A stretch of DNA of 64,000 nucleotides from contig OX597837.1 in NCBI GenBank assembly GCA_951406725.2, forward strand, positions 39,618,001 to 39,682,000, given 5' to 3'. Shown here piece by piece: positions 48,601 through 60,925 of the stretch (position 1 is its first letter; each line of letters starts with the position of its first letter). Source of the DNA: Octopus vulgaris. Lineage: Eukaryota. The translations under genes and the position numbers were made by a program. The notes beneath the pieces are model-generated. The model saw only the letters and a program-made list of their open reading frames with translations, had not been told where the DNA came from and ran no database searches.

Positions 48601-50552
48601 CTCCTGAGTTCAACTTTGTCTTTCATCCTTTCGGGGTCAATAAATTAAGTACCAGTTGCGTACTGTGGTTGATTTAATCAACTGGACCCCTCCCCCCAAA
48701 TTTCGGGCCTTGTGCCTAGAGTAGAGAATATTTCTACAGATTGGATCATTTTTTTTTCTCTCTTTTTCTCTTATCTTTCACTCCTATTCACAGATCTTCC
48801 CGAACAGTATCAATGCCTACCTGAAAATGGTTAGACCAATGAGCTGATTTATTTATGGTTGAGGCAGCAACTTCAGAGGAAAGGTGCAAGTCTTTCTGCA
48901 AAATAGATTCTAGAATCTTCCAGGTTGACCGTAATTTAAAGGTGAGAAAATCCAGCATTGAGCAGAGCTGAATTTGTATAGATTGGGTCTTCCTCCACCC
49001 ATCGTCCAGTAATCTCTCTTCTCTCCTATTCACTTGTAGCATCAATTAATGGATATTCACCGTACCATTACTCTCTTACTTGTTTCAATCATTTTACTGT
49101 GGCCATGATAGAGCACTGCCTTTAGTTGAAGAAATCGACCCCAGGACTTATTCAACTGCTAAATTACGGGGATGTAAACATACTAGCATCGGTTGACAAC
49201 CAATGCTGAGGGGGGGGGGCAGACACAGACACACACATACATATATATCCATATATACGATGGGCTTCTTGAAGTTTCCTTCTACCAAATCCACTCACAA
49301 GGCTTTGGTCGGCCTGGGGCTATAGCAGAAGACACTTGCCCAAGGTTCCACACAGTGGGACTGAACCCAGAACCATGTGGGTGGTAGGTGTGGTTATTTT
49401 TAAAACACATAGCTGACAGATATGCACACAAACATATACCACAAACCACATACATATATGATATCCATATATCATCCCATTCTTTCAGTTTCCGTATAGC
49501 ATTTACCAAATCCACTCACAAAAATTCTATAGTAAACTGAAGACACTTGCCCAAGGTGCCACACAGTGGGACTGAACCCAGATTACTTCATTGAAATCTC
49601 GAAAGCTACAAGGTAATGCATGATTATCCGAGGGTGATCGTTGCCAGAGCAGACAACTGGCTTCCGTACCCGTGGCATGTTAAAGGGCACCATTCGCTTC
49701 ACTGGCACCAGTATTGGTGGCACGTGTAAAAAGATTTGAGTGAGGTCATTGCCAGTACCGCCTGACTGGCCACCCACTACACTCTCAGAGTGGTTGGTGT
49801 TAGGAAGGGCCTCAAACTGTAGAAACTCTGCCAGATCAAGATTGGAGCCTGGTGCAGCCATCTGTTTTTTTTCGCCATCCCTGTCAAAATCGTCCAACCT
49901 ATGCTAGCATGGAAAGAGGACGTTAAACAATGATGACGATGATGATTATTATGGTGGCATGTAAAAAGCACCCACTACACTCACGGAGTGGTTGGCGTTA
50001 GGAAGGGCATCCAGATGTAGAAACTCTGCCAGATCAGATTGGAGCCTGGTGCAGCCATCTGGTTTTTTTCGCCAGCCCTCAGTCAAAATCGTCCAACCCA
50101 TGCTAGCATGGAAAGCAGACGTTAAACGATGATGATGATGATGATGAATGTGAATAAATTAGCATTACATTAGACAGGCTCATTTGAATGCAGAAGCGTT
50201 AAAGGTGGGTTGCATTGTTTCATAAAATTTATCATATTTTTCTCCATTTGTGAGTCAGTTGCCTTTCCCTTGGACAACATTGGCGGCGTGGAGGGAGGAG
50301 GCTGGCATGCATGGGTGACTGCTGGTCTTCCATAATACAACCTTGCCTGGACTCGTGCCTTGGAGGGGAACATTCTAGGTTCAATCCCAGCGTCATTCAC
50401 GACCGAAGGGGGCCCCTTTACGCTTGTATATAAATGACATCAACTCATATATTATGTACAATACAGATATACTTATATTAGCAAAAATATATATTCTGGC
50501 ATGAAAGAAAAAGGCACAAAGTATCCAAGTCAATATATATACACACATAAGC

Positions 50553-50612
50553 GGTGTGTGTGTGTGTGTGTATATATGTATATATATATATATATATATG
50601 TGTGTATATATG

Positions 50613-50655
<43 letters not shown>

Positions 50656-50723
50656 TTGTGTATATATATATATGTATATGTATGTATATATATGTATATG
50701 TATGTATGTATATATATATATAT

Positions 50724-50774
<51 letters not shown>

Positions 50775-50796
50775 ATGTATATGTGTGTGTGTGTAT

Positions 50797-50870
<74 letters not shown>

Positions 50871-50950
50871 ATATGTATATATGTATATATATATATATAT
50901 ATGTGTGTGTATATGTATATGTATATATATATATGAATATATATATATAT
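50553..50950. repeat. Complex (TA)/(TG) microsatellite
   Basis: Seen directly. Confidence 0.95.
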
Positions 50951-51265
50951 CATTTAATGTTCGTCTTCCATGCTGGCATGGGTTGGACAGTTTGTCAGCA
51001 GCTAGAGTAGTAAGCCATTTGAAGTGGACAAAATGTTTGGTTGGCACGGTGGTCAAGATGAAAAGCAAAATTAAGCCATAGAGAGGACGGCAGACAAAAA
51101 CACACTCACAGGAAATGATACAAACTCAATCAGTGGCCCACTAAAGGTCAAGGTGGTTTCATAATGACCTTGACCTTCAGTCGACAACTGGCGAAAGAGT
51201 TTGGTTTCCTTACTTTTTGTATTTGTTCTGGGTGCTTTACCTGTTGTCCATACTTGATTGATGTC

Positions 51266-51303
<38 letters not shown>

Positions 51304-51427
51304 TTACACACAATATATATACATACACATGCACATAAATACACACGTACATATGATTCATATAAGTCTTAGATATAATGTGTGTGTGTATATATATAAA
51401 GTATGCATATATATATATATATATATA

Positions 51428-51635
51428 TACCAATTAAGGACTGAACACGAAAAGTGGACAGTCAACATGCTAGATATAGACGTCAAATCGCCATTCTCCA
51501 CAAACAGTATGTTCTCAAATAAAACTTAGTGCTGAGTTTTATTTGAGAACATACTCTTTGTGGAGAATGGCGATTTGACGTCTATACCTAGCATGTTGAC
51601 TGTCCACTTTTCGTGTTCAGTCCTTAATTAGTATA
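51428..51635. repeat. Long inverted repeat (~100-bp arms) anchored on (TA)n
   Basis: 51428-51528 is the near reverse complement of 51533-51635. Confidence 0.9.
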
Positions 51636-51716
51636 TATAAATATTTTAATCTTCGGATACTTTTTAATATGCTAGACCACTGGTTTTAATTGACTAATAT
51701 CAATTTCTACCCTTAA

Positions 51717-51759
<43 letters not shown>

Positions 51760-52209
51760 TACTTTATTTTATATATATATAAATTATAAACTTTAAATAT
51801 ATATAACGTATATATAATATGTGTGTGTGTATATAATTTATATCTGTGTATATATATTTTATATCTGTGTGTATATATATATATGTACAATATAACACAT
51901 TATATTTATATATACACATCTATATATGTACAATATATATTTCATTATATATTTATACACACACACAGACACATATATATATACACACACACATTATATA
52001 TATATATATATATATAAATAAATATATATATATATATATATATACGACAGACAGGTCACACGTATATATACAAACATACAGATACAGGCACACACACACA
52101 CAATCCCCCCACACTGCCCCCCACACATGCAAATAAATAATGATTCATTTCCTCTCTCTCGTTTGCAATCAACATAAATAACAGCGTTCGGTGTTGTCAT
52201 GGTTATTAT

Positions 52210-52356
52210 TTACAGGCTGTTGATGTATCGTTGTATGACGCCTTCCGTGTTGTGCCAAATTCGGTGGAGTTCTTTGGAGAAGTTGTCCTCCCAGTCTTTG
52301 CGATATATCTGCTCTTTGTGTAGGAATTCCTTGATCTGGCTCTGGGAGACGCAGAA
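52210..52356 (-). CDS. CEP63: CEP63-like last exon: FCVSQSQIKEFLHKEQIYRKDWEDNFSKELHRIWHNTEGVIQRYINSL*
   Basis: Acceptor ccatttcag; TAA at 52212-52210; resembles the C-terminal CEP152-binding-type helix of CEP63/DEUP1. Confidence 0.85.
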   Translation of the reverse strand, partial: FCVSQSQIKEFLHKEQIYRKDWEDNFSKELHRIWHNTEGVIQRYINSL

Positions 52357-55300
52357 CTGAAATGGAGAAGGGTTTTTTTGAAGAATTAGATGCGGGGAGA
52401 GAGAGAGAGTGTTTGTATGAGGGAGGTGGACAGAGGGAGGGAGTGAGTGAAGTGGGGAAACAAGTGTGTTTCTATGAGACAGAGAGAGATACTGTGTTTA
52501 TGTGAATGTATGTCTGTATGTGTGTGTGTGTGTGTGAGAGAGAAGGAGAGAGTGAAAGGGAGAGATGAGAGAGTGTTTGTATCAGAGAAAGAGAGATTAT
52601 GTTTATATCAATGTGTATTTGTAAGTGTTTGTATGTGTGTGTGAGAGAGAGAGGGAGAAAGGGAGGGGGAGAGAGAAGAGGAGGAGAGGGATATAGAGAG
52701 GGGAAGAGAAGAGAGAGAGACAGAGGAAGAGCAAGCAGACACTGTGCTTATGTGAATGTATGTTTGTACATGTGTGTGTGTGTGTGTGAGTATGAGAGAG
52801 TGAAAGGGAGAGAGAGAGTGAAGGAGAGATGAGAGAGTGTTTGTATGAGAGAAAGAGAGGATCCAGTCTGATTTGGTAAGGTTTCTACGGCTGGGTGCCC
52901 TTCCTAACGCCAACCACTCCAAGAGTGTAGTGGGTGCTTTTTATGTGCCACCAACATGGGGGCCAGTCAGGCGGCACTGACATCAGCTATGCTCAAATGG
53001 TGCTTTTTATGTGTCACTGGCACGGGAGCCAGTCAGGCGGAACTGGCACTGACCATGCTCGAATGGTGCTCTTTATGTGCCACCAGCACTGGCACTGACC
53101 ATGCTCGAATGGTGCTCTTTATGTGCCACCAGCACTGGCACTGACCATGTTCGAATGGTGCTCTTTATGTGCCACCAGCACTGGCACTGACCATGCTCGA
53201 ATGGTGCTCTTTATGTGCCACCAGCACTGGCACTGACCATGCTCGAATGGTGCTCTTTATGTGCCACCAGCACTGGCACTGACCATGCTCGAATGGTGCT
53301 CTTTATGTGCCACCAGCACTGGCACTGACCATGCTCGAATGGTGCTCTTTATGTGCCACCAGCACTGGCACTGACCATGCTCGAATGGTGCTCTTTATGT
53401 GCCACCAGCACTGGCACTGACCATGCTCGAATGGTGCTCTTTATGTGCCACCGGCACAGGAGCCAGTCAGGCGGCACTGGCATCAGCCACGCTCAAATGG
53501 TGCTATTTATGTGCCACCGACATAGGAGCCAGTCAGGCGGCACTGGCATTGACTATGCTCAAATGGTGCTCTTTTTGTGTCACCGGCACAGGAGCCAGTC
53601 AGGCGGGACTAGCATCAAGCCAAAATTTTATTTAAAAAAAAAAAAAGAAAAAGGTTAAAATTCAAGAGTGATGACTTACCACGCTGTCATTCGGTTTAGG
53701 CTCAATGCCTATCGCATCAATCACATGTTGAAGGTTTGTTTGACTAGTTGAGTTTAGGGCACCGTTTAGGGCTGATAGTGATTGGTGGACTCTGTCCCCA
53801 ACTTCTTTACTAAACCGATGGTCGACATCATCTCTTTTGTTCTCCTTCTCCATCTCTTCTTCTCCTAATTCTTTGTCATGTTCTTTTTCTTTCTCTTCTT
53901 CTTCCACTTCTTCAACTTCCAATTCTTCTTCTTCATCATCATCTTGTTCTTCTTTGTCTTCCGTTTCTGGGAAAAATAGAGAGATTAACCCTTTTGTTAC
54001 CATATGTATTTTGAGATGCTCTGTTGTTTTTTCAATTACTTTAAATATAACAAAGAATTTAGTAAAATAACTTAGTTATCATTAAACTAGTGTTAGGAAC
54101 ATAAATTGTGACTAAAGTTTTGGTGGAAGATTTTAATTCAGAACTTATGAAAACAAGATATTTGTACTCAGAGCCAGAACTGGTTTCAGCTGGGTTTGTA
54201 TCAAAAGGGTTAAGAGAAGCTATTTAAGAAAGGAAGAATGATTTTATTACTGCTGAGGTCATCTTCACCTTTCATATCTTCAACATCAATATTAATGGGA
54301 CCTGTGGAAATTCTACAGAGTGAGAAAGATTAACCCTTTTATTACCATATTTCTGTTGAGATGCTCTGTGTTTCATTCGATTGATTTTAAATGTGACAAA
54401 GAATTTAGTAAAATAAATTTAGTAAAATTTAGTTATCATTAAGCTAGTGTTAGGAACATAAATTGTGACTAAGGTTTGCTGGAAGATTTTAATTCAGAAC
54501 TTATGAAAACAAGACATTTGTACTACAGAGCCAGAACTGGTTTCAGCCAGGTTGGTAATGAAAGGGTTAAGAGAAGCTATTTAAGAAAGAATGATTTTAT
54601 TGCTGTTGAGGTCATCTTCACCTTTCATATCTTCAGCATCAATACTAATGGGACCTGTGGAAATTCCACAGAGTGAAAAAGATTAACCCTTTTGTTACAA
54701 TATTTCTGTTGAGATGCTCTGTGTTTCTTTTAATTAATTTTAAAAGAATTTAGTAAAGAATTTCTACTAGAAAGTCAGAGACGGTTTCAGGCAGCTTGGT
54801 ATCGAAAGGGTTAAAAGCTAATTAAAATAAATATATAAACATGAGCACTGAGGGAGCGCAAACCTCCGCCAAGGCAACACCAACGTCCTCTCAACGATTA
54901 GCCAGAGATGATTTTTAAAATGAGAATGTCTGAAATGAAGTCGACTGCTCTCACAAACGAGAATACTAAAAATGAACCTGACCGCTCTCAAAAATTGAGT
55001 GAAAAACAATGGAAAAATAATCCAGAATCCTTATCCGGTACCGGATCAATTCCAATGGTAGTCATGGAATATGAATGTGGCTTTCTCTCTCTCTTTACTC
55101 TTTTACTTGTTTCAGTCATTTGACTGCGGCCATGCTGGAGCACTGCCTATAGTCGAGCAAATCGACCCCAGGACTTATTCTTTGTAAGCCCAGTACTTAT
55201 ACTTTCGGTCTCTTTTGCCGAACCGCTAAGTGACGGGGACGTAAACACACCAGCATCGGTTGTCAAGCAATGCTAGGGGGACAAACACAGACACACATAC

Positions 55301-58300
55301 ATATATATATACATATATATGACAGGCTTCTTTCAGTTTCCATCTACCAAATTCACTCACAAAGCATTGGTCGGCCTGGGGCTATAGCAGAAGACACTTG
55401 CCCAAGATGCCACGCAGTGGGACTGAACCCGGAACCATGTGGTTGGTAAGCAAGTTACTTACCACACATCCACTCCTGCGCCCTGTAGAGGCTGTAGAAA
55501 ATTTTGTAACATTCATGTGTGTGTGTGTGTGTCTGTGTGTGTGGTGCAAAAATAAAAAAAGCACATGAAGACAATGTAAAAAAACCAAAACAAACAAACA
55601 AACAAGGTATATTAGGATGATGCTCAAGAGAACTGGAAGAACTCGTCAATGTTTTGAGCCAATTCTCTTCTTCAGGAATGAAAGGAGAGATGAAGAGAGA
55701 ATCTTACCTTGATAAAATTCTTCCTTTTCTTGTCTGTTCTGTTGTTGATTTCCCAGTTGTAATTCTACTTTTGCTGTTTCCTCGTCAACGTCCCTGTAAT
55801 TAACGTGGTGGGGCAAAAAAACAGAACTTTGCAAAATAGCTCAGCTAAACAAAAACACAAAATATGATAAAAACAAAACAAACAAAATACCTTATTCAGG
55901 TAATAAAATAATAATAAATGTGCCCTTTTAAAGCCTAGCCAGGCTCATGGGCCCAGTTTCCTGGTTTCAAAGGCGTATGTGTCCCCCAGCTGGACGGGAT
56001 GCCAGTCCATTGCAGCGTTACTCATTTTTGCCAGCTGAGTGGACTGGAGCAACGTGAAATGCAGTGTTTTGCTCAAGAACACAACATGTTGCCCGGTCCA
56101 AGAATTGAAACCACAATCTTATGATCATGATGCTGACACCCTAACAGAAAACACTGATTATTGTACAGTAAGTAACCAGAATAGATCTGGTACATACTTA
56201 ACTGGCATTCTGCCGGTTAGGACAACAAGGGTTACAGTTGATTTGATCAGCAGAATAGCCTGCTCATGAAATTAATGTGAAAGTGGCTGAGAACTCCACA
56301 GACATGTGTACCCTTAACCCTACCTTACTGTATTTATTTTGAGATGCTCTGTGTTTCTTTGTTTTAACAAAGAATTTAGTAAAATAACTTCGTTATCATT
56401 AAGCTAGTGTTAGGAACGTAAATTGCGTCTAAGGTTTGGTGGAAGATTTTAATTCAGAACTTATGAAAACAAGACATTTGTACTACAGAGCCAGAGCCGG
56501 TTTCAGCTGGGTTGGTATCAAAAGAGTTATGAAAGTTCTCAGGGAGATTCAGCGTGACAGAATGTGGCATTATTACAGATAAAACTCATTTTGACAGTTG
56601 AGCAGAGTGGAGCAACATGAAATGAAGTGTCTTGCTCAAGAGACACAATGTGTCACCAGGAATATATACACATATTTAAACTTGCATTCCATCAGGTTAT
56701 AACAATGGGGATTCCAGTTGATCTGATCAATGGAACAGATGGTAATGAAATTAACGTGCAAGTGGCTGAGCACTCCACAGACATGCGTACCCTTAATGTA
56801 GTTCTCAGGGAGATTCAGTGTGATGACACAGAGTGCGACAAGGCTGGCCCCTTTGAATAACAGGTACAACTCATTTTAGCCAGCCGAGTGGACTGGAGTA
56901 ATGAGAAATAAAGTGTCTTGCTCAAGGTAAAAAATGCCACTGGGAATTGAACTCACGATCATCCCTTAGGTTGGGACCCACCATGCTAAAGGGATCAAAA
57001 GAAATGATTCTGCTTTCCTTACTTAAAGGGAAAAAGCAGTAATGTTACCCACCTGGCCTGTGCCATCCAAACCTCATCAAAATTCTCTTCCACTTCATCA
57101 ATCTCCAACTGCATTTTGGTTTTGTGGTTCTTCAGTTTTTCAGTTTGATCCGAGATTATTTTCCCCAAAACAACTTTCTCGGCCTAACAAGAAACAAAAA
57201 TAAAAGGATACATACAACACATCACCATTCCTGTTTAACATCCAATTTTTAAAAAATGGCACTGGGTGGAGAGACAATTGGGTTGAAGGGGCCCAAGTGG
57301 TGGAAGTATAAGACCAGCCAGCTCTGAGGAGCAGGGGCCATTAAAATAGCAAAATGAAAGATAGAGGAAAGAGACATCATGGTTGAGGACCAGGGTTTGG
57401 AGTGTGTCCATCAGTGATGGAGTACCAATCATTTGAGTGGCTCTTCTCTAGATGTGGCCCAGAATGTGTGCATGACAGCAGCACTGTCCTAAATGTGGAA
57501 GTAGAAAGCAATTTTGGGTCATACTTGAGACTCAGGGTGAAGTTCTATGCAAAAGATGTACTTTCGACCCTAGGACTTATTCTATTGGCCTCTTTTGCCG
57601 AACTGCTAAGTTACAGGGACATAAACACACCAGCATCGGTTGTCAAGCGATGTTGGGGGGACAAACACAGACACACAAACATATACACACACATACATAC
57701 ATACATATATATATATATTTATATATATATATATATATATATATACGACAGGCTTCTTTCAGTTTCTATCTGCCAAATCCACTCACAAGGCTTTGGTTGG
57801 CCCGAGGCTATAGTAGAAGACACTTGCCCAAGGTGCCACGCAGTGGGACTGAACCCGGAACCATGTGGTTGGTAAGCAAGCTACTTACTACAGAGCCACT
57901 CCTGAGCTTCAGTGATAGCAATGCCCAGAATTTGGAGTGAGAGTGAGAGCTCTAGCTGAGTGTCACTCATATTTAGAGGAAGTCTGAGATGGTGCTGTTT
58001 TGGGAGCACCAACTCACCTTCAATACCACTAACCCTTCTTTCATGATGGTTTCAAATTTTGGCACAAGGCTAGCAGTTTTGAGGGAGTGGGTAAGTCCAT
58101 TTACATTGACCCCCAGTGATCAACTGGTACCTATTTTATCAACCCTGAAAGAATGAAAGACAAAGTCGACCCCAGCAGCATTTGAACTCAGAACACAAAT
58201 TCAGAGGAAATGCCATGAAGCATTTTCTCTGGGATGGTAGCGATTCTGCTAGCTTGCTGCCTTAACTCTTCTTTCATCTTAGAATAACATCAGGTACACC

Positions 58301-60891
58301 AATCTAAATTAGGAGCAGCACCTCATCATCATCATCATAATCGTTTAACGTCCGCTTTCAATGCTGGTATGGGTTGGACGGTTTGACTGAGGGCTGGCGA
58401 ACCAGATGGCTGCACCAGGCTCCAATCTTGATCTGGCAGAGTTTCTACAGCTGGATGCCCTTCCTAACGCCTACCACTCCGAGAGTGTAGTGGGTGCTTT
58501 TTACGTGCCACCATAATCATCATCATCATCATCATCGTTTAACATCTGCTTTCCATGCTGGCATAGGTTGGACGATTTTGACTGAGGTCTGGTGAACCAG
58601 ATGGCTGCACCAGGCTCCAATCTTGATCTGGCAGAGTTTCTACAGCCGGATGCCCTTCCTAATGCCAGTGTCATCTCTTGTGAAGGGTAGAAGAGTCCAG
58701 TTTGCTGGACATTGTTGTAGAGCTGAAAAAGAGGTAATTCTCCTACCCTGATGTAATCTCCAGGGATACAGGCATCCAGCAACAGGACCTCCATAATGCT
58801 ATGATGGAGAGTGAAGTCAGGCGTAGCATGGTAAATTCCATTGTCTGTTGTGAAGGGTAGGAGAGTCCAGTTTGCTGGACATTGTTGTAGAGCTGAAAAC
58901 GAGGTAATTTCTACTCTTCTCCTCTGGAAGCCATCTGCTTGCGATACCAGAGGGCGCACACTCTCCTACCCTGATGTAATCTCCAGGGATACAGGCATCC
59001 AGCAACAGGACCTCCATAATGCCATGATGGACCGTGAAGTCTGGCATAGCATGGTAAATTCCATTGTCTTGACCACGGTCGAACAATGATGATGATGATG
59101 GGTACTTTTTACATGCCACTGGCAGAAGAGCCAGTCAAGCGGGGCCTGGCATCGATCACATTCAGATAGTGCTTTTTATGCGCCACTGGCACGAAAGGCC
59201 AGTCAGGGGGCAGGGTTATGGTCTACAACAGAGACCAAGATTTTAGGAAGTTTTTACCCACCTTTAACAACTCCAACTGTTCTTTCAGACTAGAATACTC
59301 TTTCATATATTCTTTATGCTTGACCAGATCTTGATGAAGTTGCTGGTTCTCATTCTGTAGAGTTTCCAGCATCTCGTAGTCGTTCTGTAATTAAGAAACA
59401 AGAAATATATGAAACCAACCCGGATTTAGAAATTATTTTTATCTGGAAAGAAAAAAAAAAAAATTATTTTGTGCTTAGAATCTCGGACATCATTTGGTGT
59501 CTGTGTTGGTGACACGTAAAAGCACCAACTGATCGTGGCCGTTTGCCAGCCTGCTCTGGCCCGTGCCGGTGGCACGTAAAAATCAGCCACTACACTCATG
59601 GAGTGGTTGGCGTTAGGAAGGGCATCCAGCTGTAGAAACACTGCTAGATCAGACTGGAGCTTGGTGCAGTCTCCATGGCTTACCAGACTCCGTTCGAACC
59701 GTCCAACCCATGCTAGCATGGAGAACGGATGTTAAACGATGATGATGATGATGAAACTGTCCAACCCATGACAGCATGGAAAACAAATGTTAAATGATGA
59801 TGATGATGATGATGGTGATGATGAAGTTTATGTAAACTACCCAGGTACTAACTAGGCGCAGGAGTGGCTGTGTGGTAAGTAGTTTGCTTACCAACCACAT
59901 GATTCCGGGTTCAGTCCCATCTTGGGCAAGTGTCTTCAGCTATAGCCTCGGGCCGACCAATGCCTTGTGAGTGGATTTGGTACACGGAAACTGAAAGAAT
60001 CCTGTCGTATATATGTATATATATATATATATATATATGTGTATGTGTGTGTATATGTTTGTCCCCCCCAACATCGCTTGACAACCGATGCTGGTGTGTT
60101 TACGTCCCCGTCACTTAGCGGTTCGGCAAAAAGAGACCGATAGAATAAGTACTGGGCTTACAAAGAATAAGTCCCGGGGTCGATTTGCTGGATTAAAGGC
60201 GGTGCTCCAGCATGGCCGCAGTCAAATGACTGAAACAAGTAAAAGAGAGTAAAATAGTAAGAGGTACATTTGCCACTAACCTTCATTTGATGTGCTTGGT
60301 CTTCTTGGTACTGTTCGAGTTCGGACTGCAGGTTGGTGATGGTGGCCAGTTTCGTTTGGAGATCGGTCCTCAACGTAATTACGGCTCTCTTGAGGAGGTC
60401 ATCGGATTTACCGTAGTCACTGAAATGAAACCGCAATTCACAGACGATTGAATGCAATCGTTAAAATCCAAGGAGATTAGTTGTGGTATTAACGACAGGA
60501 TAAGATGACAGGAGATGACAGGGTCAGGCTGTTTAGATTGGATGCTGGAGATGATCATTTGGCATGGCTGGGCATTGAACCTCTCTTTTGGCACTGGAGG
60601 CAAACACACATACATGCAGTGAAACATATACAGTGGGGGAGAGAGAGAGAGAGAGGACAATCTATTAATTGAATACAATTGACATAACTGCTTTTCCTCT
60701 CTTCATATTTTCTTATTGCTCTATAAATTAATGGTGAAATAACTCTACCTTCACCCATTTAGTACACTCGGTAATGTAATTGCCATGCAATGAAAAAACA
60801 CCTGTGTATTAATAAGTGGGTATTCTACCAGCAGTATATTGGATAGATATTATCCCTTAGTTGGTTGGATTCACAACCTCTAACTTTATTT

Positions 60892-60925
<34 letters not shown>

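Noticed and set aside
53042-53452. Regular repeat array superficially like a CRISPR array
   Set aside because: The units are contiguous with no unique spacers, the context is eukaryotic, and there are no cas genes.
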